64,000 nucleotides of DNA. It comes from Pseudomonadota bacterium. GTDB lineage: Bacteria > Desulfobacterota > Desulfobacteria > Desulfobacterales > RPRI01. The DNA lies in assembly GCA_043825875.1 (NCBI GenBank), contig JBDRRF010000111.1, forward strand, positions 1-64,000. Direction: 5' to 3'. Under the pieces are notes generated by a model. The model worked only from the letters and a program-made list of their open reading frames with translations, was not told the DNA's origin and searched no databases. How positions within the stretch are numbered: position 1 is the first letter of the stretch; each line of letters opens with the position of its first letter. Both the position numbers and the translations under genes were made by a program. Of the stretch, positions 31,077 to 39,693 are shown in pieces.

Positions 31077-32441
31077 ATGAAAAAAGTAGTTATTGGTTCC
31101 GGTTCAGCCTTTTGGGGCGATATTTTTGAGCCGGCACTTGAAATGGCGCAAAGCGGCGAAGTCCAGTATATGGGTTTTGATCACCTTGCGGAATTGACCA
31201 TGGCGATATTAAATCGTATGAAAGCAAAAAACCCGGAAGCCGGTTATGTTCCGGATATTATTCCCTGGACTAAAAGACTTCTTCCGGTCACTCAAAAAAA
31301 CGGCATTAAAATGATAACCAATGCCGGAGGCGCTAATCCAGTGCAAGCGGCTTTGGAAGTGGCAAAGGTTGTCAAGGAGTTAAATCTTGCTCCGATGAAG
31401 CTTGGTGTTGTTTCCGGAGATGACATCCTGCCTTATATAAATGATATTCGAGCACAGGGCTGGAAGTTTAAGAATCTGGATACGGGTGAAGAAGACATTG
31501 ATTCCATTGCTGACAGACTTGGCGCCGCCAATGCTTATATTGGCGCTGATCTTATCATAAAAGAGCTTCAAAACGACGCTGATATGATAATTTGCGGCAG
31601 GGTTTCGGATAATGCACTGTATGTAGGTCCTATTATGCACGAATTCGGCTGGGATTATACGGATGAGTATACGGACCGTATTGCTGCTGCTGTTACAGTC
31701 GGCCACATTATTGAATGCTCGGCCTGTGTAAGCGGTGGTATGTCAAATATGTGGAAGGTGTCAGAAAGGCCCTGGGATATTGGCTTTCCGATTGCCGAAT
31801 TTTATGAAAACGGTGATGCTCTTATTACAAAAACCAGTGGATCAGGTGGTATTGTGAATTCATGGACTGTCAAGGAGCATTTGCTTTATGAAATCATTGA
31901 TCCTGCAAATTATCTGATGCCGGATGGTATTGGTGATTTCACTGCTCTGAAATTGCATGATGAAGCCAGAAACCGTGTAATGGTTACAGAGATGAAAGGT
32001 AAAAAACGTCCTGATACTTTGAAAGTTTGTATAGGATTCAAAGATGGATTTATCGGTGAAGGACTGATCTACTTCCCGTCACCTGATGCACTTGCAAAAG
32101 CTCAGTGGGCGGAAAAATGGCTAAGAGAGAGATTTAAAAAACTTGGCATAAACTTCAGAGAACTTCGTATTGATTACATGGGTGTAAACATGCTTCATGG
32201 TGAAGCAGCTGAGGTTGAAGACAGGGATTATAATGAAATAGGTCTTAGAATAGCTGGCCGTACACATACCTATAAAGAAGCGGAAGCCGTACGCAGAGAA
32301 GCAACACATTTATGGACAATGGGACCTGTTGGCTCCAGTTTTGGTGTTCCTATGAATGTCAGACCGGTTATTGCGCTTTGGCCCTCACTTGTTCCGAGGG
32401 ATGCCGTTAAGATCGAAAGTCAGTTAATGGAGGTGAGCTAA
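31077..32441 (+). CDS. thnQ: AtuA (acyclic terpene utilisation) family, large part
   Basis: GSAFWGD; LAELT; TNAGGANP; ANAYIG; GRVSD; GHIIEC. Confidence 0.82.
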   Translation: MKKVVIGSGSAFWGDIFEPALEMAQSGEVQYMGFDHLAELTMAILNRMKAKNPEAGYVPDIIPWTKRLLPVTQKNGIKMITNAGGANPVQAALEVAKVVKELNLAPMKLGVVSGDDILPYINDIRAQGWKFKNLDTGEEDIDSIADRLGAANAYIGADLIIKELQNDADMIICGRVSDNALYVGPIMHEFGWDYTDEYTDRIAAAVTVGHIIECSACVSGGMSNMWKVSERPWDIGFPIAEFYENGDALITKTSGSGGIVNSWTVKEHLLYEIIDPANYLMPDGIGDFTALKLHDEARNRVMVTEMKGKKRPDTLKVCIGFKDGFIGEGLIYFPSPDALAKAQWAEKWLRERFKKLGINFRELRIDYMGVNMLHGEAAEVEDRDYNEIGLRIAGRTHTYKEAEAVRREATHLWTMGPVGSSFGVPMNVRPVIALWPSLVPRDAVKIESQLMEVS

Positions 32442-32443
32442 TT

Positions 32444-32821
32444 ATGAAAAAAGTAAAGCTTACGGAATTGGCTTTTGCCAGATCCGGAGATAAAGGGGAT
32501 GTCAGCAATATTGGATTGATGGCAAAGTCAAAGAATATTTATGAATTTTTATTGACGGTAATAACACCTGAAAGACTTAAGGAATATTTTGGCGGTATGG
32601 TTAAAGGTCCGGCTGAGATATATCCTGTGCCTCATCTCGACAGCTTAGAGATCATTTTACGCCAGGCGCTTGGCGGTGGTGCAACCTGCTCCTTAAGATT
32701 TGACCAGACAGGCAAATCAATGGGTCCTGTTTTGTTGGGAATGCAGGTGCTTGTAAGCGAGGAATTGCTGGAAGAAGCAAGAGCTGTAGATGAAAGCATT
32801 ATAAAGCAATATGCCGTTTGA
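32444..32821 (+). CDS. thnS: AtuA C-terminal-domain protein
   Basis: ARSGDKGDVSNIG; ALGGGAT.SLRFDQTGKS. Confidence 0.8.
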   Translation: MKKVKLTELAFARSGDKGDVSNIGLMAKSKNIYEFLLTVITPERLKEYFGGMVKGPAEIYPVPHLDSLEIILRQALGGGATCSLRFDQTGKSMGPVLLGMQVLVSEELLEEARAVDESIIKQYAV

Positions 32822-32832
32822 TAGCTTAAAGA

Positions 32833-32961
32833 GAGACCTTTGGATAATGTCCGGTTTCGCCGTATTTTAAGGATCATTATAATTTCAACAGCACTAATAC
32901 TGCGTGTTTTTTAAAGAGTAATCAGGCGGAAAATAAAAAGAGGGTGTGATCCAAAGGTCTC
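32833..32961. mobile_element. MITE family B (129 bp)
   Basis: 13-bp perfect TIR GAGACCTTTGGAT/ATCCAAAGGTCTC; AAAGA on both flanks. Confidence 0.65.
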
Positions 32962-33102
32962 AAAGAGTAATATCTTACAGCAGAGTTCTTGTGAAAAATT
33001 ATTCAAGAATGAAATAATATTAGACTTACGGGTGCACGAGGGAGCAAAGGCGCTCTGTATAGAATAATTGACAATTTATGATAGTGGCTTAGGAGGATAA
33101 TA

Positions 33103-34254
33103 ATGGATTTTGAGCTTTCTGAAGAACAGATAATGTTCAGAGACCAGATTCGTAATTTTGCAGAGACTGAAATTGCTCCTTTGGTAGATGAAGCCGAAGA
33201 GAAAGAGGTTACACCTCTGCAACTTTTTCCAATGATGGGAAAACTCGGCTATCTTGGTATTACCTATTCGGAAAAATATGGTGGAGCAGAGGTCGATAAG
33301 ATTACGGAGTGTATTCTGATTGAGGAGTTAAACAAGGTATGCGCCGGTATAGCCGGAGTGGTCAGTACCACCCATTCGGGTCTTGGCACAAGAGCAATAA
33401 ATGATTACGGAACGGAAGAACAAAAGCAGAGATTTCTTGTGCCTGCTATCAAAGGTGAGAAAATAGCCGCTTTTGCATTAACTGAGGCCGATGCCGGTTC
33501 AGATGCTATTGCCCTTCGGACAAGAGCAGTAAAAGACGGCGATGATTATATTATTAACGGCAGCAAGATGTTTATCTCAAACGGCACCTTTTGTGATTTT
33601 GTGCCTGTTGCCTGTTATACTACCGATCCCAAAGAAGTAAAAAAGAGAGGGCAAGGAATAAGCCTTATTGTTGTTGAAAAAGGCATGCCGGGCTTTTCTG
33701 CGACAAAGTTAAAAAAGTCGGGAAATCGCTCTCATGAAACAGCCCAGCTATATTTTGAAGATGTAAGAGTGCCGAAAGAAAATCTGATAGGCGAAGAGGG
33801 TAAGGGCTTGGCTCAGATACTGACAACCCTCAAGTCAGGAAGAATTTCTTATGGTGCAAGAGCAACGGGTATGGCTCAGGCTGCATATGATCTTGCATTC
33901 AAATATGCCCATGAGAGAGAGCAGTTCGGCAAACAGATCGCAAAATTCCAGATCAACACTGTAAAGCTTGTTGATATGGCCATGCATATAGATATCATGC
34001 GGATGATGACCTACCGGGCGGCCTGGATGTACTCAGAGGGAATGAATTGTATGAAAGAGGCTTGCATGCTAAAGATTTATGCAACTGAGAAAGTACAAGA
34101 GCTGATGCTTTTAGCTCTCGATCTGCACGGCGGTTATGGTTATATGCGCGAATATGCGATTGAACGTCTGTGGCGCGATGCCAAGATGTTGAATCTTACT
34201 GAAGGAACCACGCCTATAAACTATATGGCTGCGGCAAGAGAACTTGGTATATAA
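33103..34254 (+). CDS. thnT: Acyl-CoA dehydrogenase
   Basis: FALTEADAGSD; GSKMFIS; REQFGK; HGGYGY; TEGT. Confidence 0.87.
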   Translation: MDFELSEEQIMFRDQIRNFAETEIAPLVDEAEEKEVTPLQLFPMMGKLGYLGITYSEKYGGAEVDKITECILIEELNKVCAGIAGVVSTTHSGLGTRAINDYGTEEQKQRFLVPAIKGEKIAAFALTEADAGSDAIALRTRAVKDGDDYIINGSKMFISNGTFCDFVPVACYTTDPKEVKKRGQGISLIVVEKGMPGFSATKLKKSGNRSHETAQLYFEDVRVPKENLIGEEGKGLAQILTTLKSGRISYGARATGMAQAAYDLAFKYAHEREQFGKQIAKFQINTVKLVDMAMHIDIMRMMTYRAAWMYSEGMNCMKEACMLKIYATEKVQELMLLALDLHGGYGYMREYAIERLWRDAKMLNLTEGTTPINYMAAARELGI

Positions 34255-34278
34255 GCCGTTTATTAAAAAGCTAAGTTA

Positions 34279-34420
34279 GACGGCAAAGTAAAAAGTTTCG
34301 GGCAACTGGTTGTCGGTTATCGGTTAACATGTAGCAGTGAAAAGTGATTTGAAAAACGAATCATAAACAAAGAAACTGTGAATCACAAATTAGCCAGATG
34401 GGATTTTTTACTTTGCCGTC
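34279..34420. mobile_element. MITE-like element family C (142 bp)
   Basis: 16-bp perfect TIR GACGGCAAAGTAAAAA/TTTTTACTTTGCCGTC; no clear TSD. Confidence 0.55.
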
Positions 34421-34539
34421 AATAGAATCAGCTGAGGTGGCGGCAAATAAAATGCCACCCTGCGAAAGATAATAGTAGGGCTGGGTTTTACACCCCGTCG
34501 TATCTTACAGTTTGATTGCATAAGATAAGAGAGGATAAA

Positions 34540-35319
34540 ATGGAGTCACAACTGGTTCACTACGAAATTGAAAACAAGGTGGCCATTGTCAGCCTTGATA
34601 ACCCCCCTATGAATGCTTTGGATGTTCCGACCAAAGAAAGTATCAGAGATGTTTTTACCGAACTCGATGCCAAAAGAAATGAAATCCGTGTAGTCATATT
34701 ACAGGGCGCCAACAAGGCTTTTGCGGCAGGAGCTGATATAAAAGCTTTTCTGGATCTTCAACCGGATACTGCTAAACGGCGTCTTATGAGAAGCCACAGT
34801 ATGTATTCAGTTGTTGAAAACTGTGAATGGCCCGTAATTGCAGCTATACACGGATATTGTCTGGGCGGTGGGCTTGAGCTTGCTCTTTGCTGTGATATAC
34901 GTTATGCAGATGAAACCGCTCAGTTTGGATTCCCGGAAGTTGGTTTGTCGATTTTTCCGGGTAATGGTGGAACAAGACGGGCATTATATGCTACCAACCT
35001 TGGTAGAATGAAAGAGCTTGTTTACACTGGGGAGATGATTAAAGCGGAAGAAGCATTTCGGATAGGTTTGATAGAAAAGGTTGTCCCGGCCGGAACAGCT
35101 CTTGAAAAAGCTAAAGAGCTGGCAGCAAAAATAATGAAAAAAGGACCGCTTGGTGTTGCGGCGGCAAAAAAAGTATTAAACCGTACACGGGATCTTACTT
35201 TAGAGCAAGGTCTGGAACTGGAATCCGATGTTTGGGCAAGTCTTGCAGCAACAGAAGATATGAAAGAAGGGGCACGGGCCTTTGTCGAAAAAAGAAAACC
35301 TGAATATAAATGTAAATAA
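34540..35319 (+). CDS. thnU: Enoyl-CoA hydratase family
   Basis: FAAGADI; LGGGLELAL; FPEV; PGNGGT; GAGG RBS before ATG 34540. Confidence 0.8.
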   Translation: MESQLVHYEIENKVAIVSLDNPPMNALDVPTKESIRDVFTELDAKRNEIRVVILQGANKAFAAGADIKAFLDLQPDTAKRRLMRSHSMYSVVENCEWPVIAAIHGYCLGGGLELALCCDIRYADETAQFGFPEVGLSIFPGNGGTRRALYATNLGRMKELVYTGEMIKAEEAFRIGLIEKVVPAGTALEKAKELAAKIMKKGPLGVAAAKKVLNRTRDLTLEQGLELESDVWASLAATEDMKEGARAFVEKRKPEYKCK

Positions 35320-35334
35320 GAGGAGTAAAGCCTT

Positions 35335-36522
35335 ATGGCAAAAGAGCTAAGAGACGTAGTAGTAGTTGACGCAGTTAGAACGGCCTTTGGTAAGTCGGGA
35401 GAAAAAGGTATTTTCTGGAAGACGAGAGCTGATGATTTGGTTGTTCCCCTGCTGAAGGCTTTAATAGCAAGAAACCCCGGTGTTACTCCGGCTATGATTG
35501 AAGACAGCATCTGGGGCATAACAAATCAGATGAAAGAGCAAGGCGGAACTCTTGGCCGTGTTGCAACCATGCTCGCTGATCTGGGCCAGGAAATTCCAGG
35601 ATGTTCAATAGACAGGATGTGCGCCGGAGGTCTTACGGCAATAGGTTTTGGATTAACTTATATTGCAGCAGGTATGGCTGACTGTCTTATAGCAGGCGGT
35701 GTAGAGCATATGGGGCATCTGCCCATGGGCTTTATGCGTGATCCTCATCCAAGATCATTGGAAGTAATGGGCGGACCCACATCTTTAAATATGGGACAGA
35801 CGGCTGAAAATATTCATGAGCGCTTTCCTGAATTTACAAAAGAAATGGCGGACAGATATGCTGTGGACTGCCAGCGCAAAGCCGACGAAGCAATTAAAGC
35901 CGGCAAGATGAAGGACATGATAATTCCAATAGACGTTGAACTGGAAGACGGGACAAAAATGGTAGCTGATAAGGATCAGCCACCAAGAGCAGGCGCCACT
36001 ATGGAAGGCATGGCAAGTCTGAAAACACCGTTTAAGGAAAACGGAAATGTTACGGCAGGCAATGCATCCGGATTAAATGACGGAGCAGCGGCATCTTTGC
36101 TTATGAGTGAAGAGAAAGCAAAAGCAATGGGTCTTAAACCCAAAATGCGCTGGGTTGCAACTGCAGTTGCTGCCGTAGATCCAACAATAATGGGCACAGC
36201 GCCTGTTCCTGCAACTATTAAAGTTCTTGAAAAGGCCGGGCTGACGATTGATGACATGGATATAATAGAAATGAACGAGGCATTTGCCGTTCAGGCCCTT
36301 TATTTTCTGGACCGCTTTAAAATGAAATGGGATGATCCGAGAGTCAATAAATGGGGTGGAGCAATCGCTTACGGCCATCCATTGGCATCATCAGGCCCTC
36401 GTCTTATTGCTTTTCTTTCCGGATTATTCAAGGAAAATCCGGGTGCTAAATATGGCTTGGCTACCATGTGCGTAGGACGCGGACAGGGCTATTCGGTTAT
36501 ATTTGAGAATTTACAGAGATAG
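35335..36522 (+). CDS. thnV: Thiolase (3-ketoacyl-CoA)
   Basis: DRMCAGG, NEAF, GHP, CVGRGQG. Confidence 0.85.
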   Translation: MAKELRDVVVVDAVRTAFGKSGEKGIFWKTRADDLVVPLLKALIARNPGVTPAMIEDSIWGITNQMKEQGGTLGRVATMLADLGQEIPGCSIDRMCAGGLTAIGFGLTYIAAGMADCLIAGGVEHMGHLPMGFMRDPHPRSLEVMGGPTSLNMGQTAENIHERFPEFTKEMADRYAVDCQRKADEAIKAGKMKDMIIPIDVELEDGTKMVADKDQPPRAGATMEGMASLKTPFKENGNVTAGNASGLNDGAAASLLMSEEKAKAMGLKPKMRWVATAVAAVDPTIMGTAPVPATIKVLEKAGLTIDDMDIIEMNEAFAVQALYFLDRFKMKWDDPRVNKWGGAIAYGHPLASSGPRLIAFLSGLFKENPGAKYGLATMCVGRGQGYSVIFENLQR

Positions 36523-36557
36523 ACGCAAAAATTGTTATAGCGTTTAAATAAGAAAAG

Positions 36558-36603
36558 AACCCCTGTTTGCCAAAAAAAATATGGCAAACAGGAGTTTTGT
36601 TTT
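36558..36603 (+). terminator. Rho-independent terminator ending the thn cluster
   Basis: CCTGTTTGCCA-loop-TGGCAAACAGG followed by T-rich tail. Confidence 0.7.
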
Positions 36604-36612
36604 GAGACAAGC

Positions 36613-36755
36613 GAGCCAGTTTCAAAACGCCCCATTTTGGCCGATCCTCTGCGTTGGGTTCAAATTTCAATCCTCGAAATACTCGATGTATTCCTGTGGT
36701 TGAAATTTTCTCCCGCCTTGAGCTTGACCAAACTGAAACGTTTTGAAAGTGGCTC
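36613..36755 (+). mobile_element. MITE family A, full copy (flanks AAGC/AGGC)
   Basis: 143 bp; TSD has one mismatch. Confidence 0.9.
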
Positions 36756-36898
36756 AGGCAAATATCATTTATCTTTGCTATGAGCAAGATATCAATATAT
36801 GTAAGCACAATTTCATCATTATGATTTTTAGGGCTTATTCTTTCTTTTACGATTTCATGGTCGTTTTTATTTTCTGAATTCCGTTTGTCAATGCATTG

Positions 36899-37040
36899 GA
36901 GCCAGTTTCAAAACGTCCCATTTTGGCCGATCTCTGCGTTGGTTGAAAATTATAATCCTCGAAATACTCCATGTATTCCTGCGGTTAAAATTTTCACCCG
37001 CCTTGACCTTGACCAAACTGAAACGTTTTGAAAGTGGCTC
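36899..37040 (+). mobile_element. MITE family A, full copy, TSD ATTG
   Basis: 142 bp; ATTG on both flanks; several internal substitutions. Confidence 0.9.
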
Positions 37041-37113
37041 ATTGTTATTCACTATTCCATAGAATTATACAAATATGCTACGCTCATTAAATTAAGGTTT
37101 AACAGGTAAAAAC

Positions 37114-38847
37114 ATGTTCAGAATACGAAAAATATCAAATCCATATCTGGATGTTAACATGAAGGCTATGGAAAAAGTTAAAAGCATTATCAGACAACAG
37201 TTTTCCGGAATAAAGGAAGAAAAAATCAATGAGGTACATGAACAGCTCATAAACCCTCTGAAATATAAATACCAGACAACCCTGATAATTGCAGATGATT
37301 TAAATGAAAGCATTCGCGGATTTGCACTCCTGTTATATATGCCTGATCTGAAATTTTGTTTTCTTGATTTTCTAGCCGTACCTCAAGGTAAGGTTTCATC
37401 AGGAGTTGGAGGAGCACTATATGAAAGAATAAGGGAGGAAGCCGGATCAATAGGATCCATAGGAATTTTTTTTGAATGTCTGCCGGATGACCCAAAATTA
37501 TACAAAGACCAGGAATACATACCGCAAAACAAAAAACGCCTTGCTTTTTATGAACGTTATGGCGCAATGCCTATTGCGAACACACTTTATGAAACGGTTG
37601 TAAATCCCGAAGATGACGGCCCTCCATACCTTGTATATGACGGATTGGGGCTTAAAAAAGACATACCGAAAGATATCGCAAAAAAAGTTGTAAGAGCGAT
37701 ACTTGAGCGCAAATACGGCGATTATTGCAATGAAGAGTACGTTCGTAAGGTGCTTGAAAGCATAAAGGATGATCCTGTTAAACTTCGCCCCCCGAAATAC
37801 CACAGGAAGGAAGATCCTTTAGCGGTAAAAGCCATTACTCCCGAAAGAGACAAAATATTTATGGTTATAAACGATAAACACAACATACACCATATAAGAG
37901 AAAGAGGTTACGTAGAATCTCCTGTAAGAATAGCAAGCATTAAAAAAGAACTGGATAAAACCGGATACTTCAGATTAGGAAAAGCTCGGGAATTTCCTGA
38001 AAAATATATACTTGATGTGCATGATATAGGATATGTGAACTATTTTAAAAAAGTATGTAAAAATCTGTTGCCTGGAAAATCTGTATATCCATATGTTTTT
38101 CCAATCAGAAACAGTGCGAGACCGCCCAAGGAGTTATCTGTAAGAGCTGGCTATTATTGTATAGATACCTTTACTCCTCTTAACCGCAATGCCTTCTTTG
38201 CCGCGCGCTGGGGAGTCAATAGCACATTAACTGCCGCAAACGAAATGCTTAATGGATGTAAACGCGCCTACGTACTGACCAGGCCCCCCGGACATCATGC
38301 CGAAAGATTTGTATTCGGCGGGTTTTGTTATTTTAATAATTGTGCCATTGCAGCAAACTATTTAAGCAAGTTTGGAAAGATCGCAATTATAGATATTGAT
38401 TATCATCATGGAAATGGGCAGCAACAGATATTTTATTCTAAAGCCAACGTAATGACCATTTCAATTCACGGCCACCCATCCTTTGCCTATCCTTATTTTT
38501 CGGGATTCAAGGAAGAAAAAGGAGAAGAAGAAGGCCTTGGTTTCAATATTAATTTCCCTCTTGCCGAAACCTTATCATATCAAGAATATAAAGAAGTATT
38601 GATAAAGGCTTTAAAGTCAGTAAGCTCATACAAACCGGATTATTTTATCGTATCACTTGGCCTTGATACGGCAAAAGGCGACCCAACGGGTACATGGAGC
38701 TTTTCGTTTAAAGATTTTGAACAAACCGGACATCTGATAGGTGCCATGAAATTACCCACTTTAATTATTCAGGAGGGAGGCTATAAGAATCAGGCATTGG
38801 GTTCAAATGCCAGAGCTTTTTTTAATGGTTTATTTAAAGCATCATAG
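37114..38847 (+). CDS. GNAT-like domain fused to histone deacetylase/acetylpolyamine amidohydrolase domain
   Basis: N-terminal FLDFLAV...SSGVGGALY...AFYERYG; C-terminal RPPGHHA, GGFCYFNN, DIDYHHGNG, GLD, QEGGY. Confidence 0.85.
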   Translation: MFRIRKISNPYLDVNMKAMEKVKSIIRQQFSGIKEEKINEVHEQLINPLKYKYQTTLIIADDLNESIRGFALLLYMPDLKFCFLDFLAVPQGKVSSGVGGALYERIREEAGSIGSIGIFFECLPDDPKLYKDQEYIPQNKKRLAFYERYGAMPIANTLYETVVNPEDDGPPYLVYDGLGLKKDIPKDIAKKVVRAILERKYGDYCNEEYVRKVLESIKDDPVKLRPPKYHRKEDPLAVKAITPERDKIFMVINDKHNIHHIRERGYVESPVRIASIKKELDKTGYFRLGKAREFPEKYILDVHDIGYVNYFKKVCKNLLPGKSVYPYVFPIRNSARPPKELSVRAGYYCIDTFTPLNRNAFFAARWGVNSTLTAANEMLNGCKRAYVLTRPPGHHAERFVFGGFCYFNNCAIAANYLSKFGKIAIIDIDYHHGNGQQQIFYSKANVMTISIHGHPSFAYPYFSGFKEEKGEEEGLGFNINFPLAETLSYQEYKEVLIKALKSVSSYKPDYFIVSLGLDTAKGDPTGTWSFSFKDFEQTGHLIGAMKLPTLIIQEGGYKNQALGSNARAFFNGLFKAS

Positions 38848-38879
38848 ATTTTTACGGTAATAATAAACCATTAATCAGT

Positions 38880-38897
38880 AACCCCTATGCAGGGGTT
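38880..38897. terminator. Short hairpin between convergent genes
   Basis: AACCCCT-ATGC-AGGGGTT. Confidence 0.5.
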
Positions 38898-38898
38898 C

Positions 38899-39669
38899 TT
38901 ATATTATACTTCTTATAACAATCACAAGCAGCAAAACCACGACTCCTATTATGCCGTATTCGGGATGGGTCACGGTCTCGTTTTTACTGGCAAGAAGGCC
39001 TGGCAGTTCATTGCCAAGCCCATATAAAGCATATACAATCGCATTCCACATCCCGTGAGCAAGTCCGGCAACAAGCAGGGATTTCGACTTATAATACAAC
39101 CCGCCGAATATAAGGCCTACTAAAGAAGTTCCTATAACATACAACAGAATTTCCCATCCTTTAAGTTTATAAAAAATCCCGAAAGGCAAATGCCAGAGAC
39201 CGAAAATAAACGATGCAAAGACAATAGCGTAGAAGGGAGAATAAGTTTCATATAATTCTCTCTGGACTACACCCCGAAAGAAAAGCTCTTCGGTGAAAGT
39301 GGCTATTGTTCCCAATATTATTGCAGATATCGGGATGTTAACCGCTAATTTTAACCAATCCGTTGATGTCATTTCCTTGCCCAGCTTAAGCCCACCCGAC
39401 ATCCATCCTATAGCTAATGTCAAGCCAAGCACTATGGATACCATCAATATTGCTTCCAGGTAATAGGAATGACCTCCCACTATAAAACCCATTTTTGAGA
39501 TAGGTTCATCTCTTCTGAAAAGAAAATGGTATAGTAAACCTAAAAAGCCTACAATAAATGGAATATAAGAGGCTGTTTTATGTCCGAACAGATTTGGCAG
39601 AATAAATGAAAGTAGATAAACAATTAAGATAATAATAGTGATTCGCATAAAGCACCTTCTTTTCATCAC
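38899..39669 (-). CDS. CPBP (Abi/CAAX) intramembrane protease, possible RiPP immunity/processing
   Basis: EELFFRG, FGLWH, AHGMWN; last gene of RiPP cluster. Confidence 0.88.
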   Translation of the reverse strand: MMKRRCFMRITIIILIVYLLSFILPNLFGHKTASYIPFIVGFLGLLYHFLFRRDEPISKMGFIVGGHSYYLEAILMVSIVLGLTLAIGWMSGGLKLGKEMTSTDWLKLAVNIPISAIILGTIATFTEELFFRGVVQRELYETYSPFYAIVFASFIFGLWHLPFGIFYKLKGWEILLYVIGTSLVGLIFGGLYYKSKSLLVAGLAHGMWNAIVYALYGLGNELPGLLASKNETVTHPEYGIIGVVVLLLVIVIRSII

Positions 39670-39693
39670 ATGTTTGTTAAGTCAGCCCTGTCA

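Noticed and set aside
34436..34500. Pair of degenerate GTAG-type REP-like hairpins
   Set aside because: Too degenerate, not repeated elsewhere in the window, no RAYT gene
12565..36755. Composite transposon of two MITE copies carrying the thn cluster
   Set aside because: Each copy has its own flanking duplication (TGGT; AAGC/AGGC), indicating independent insertions
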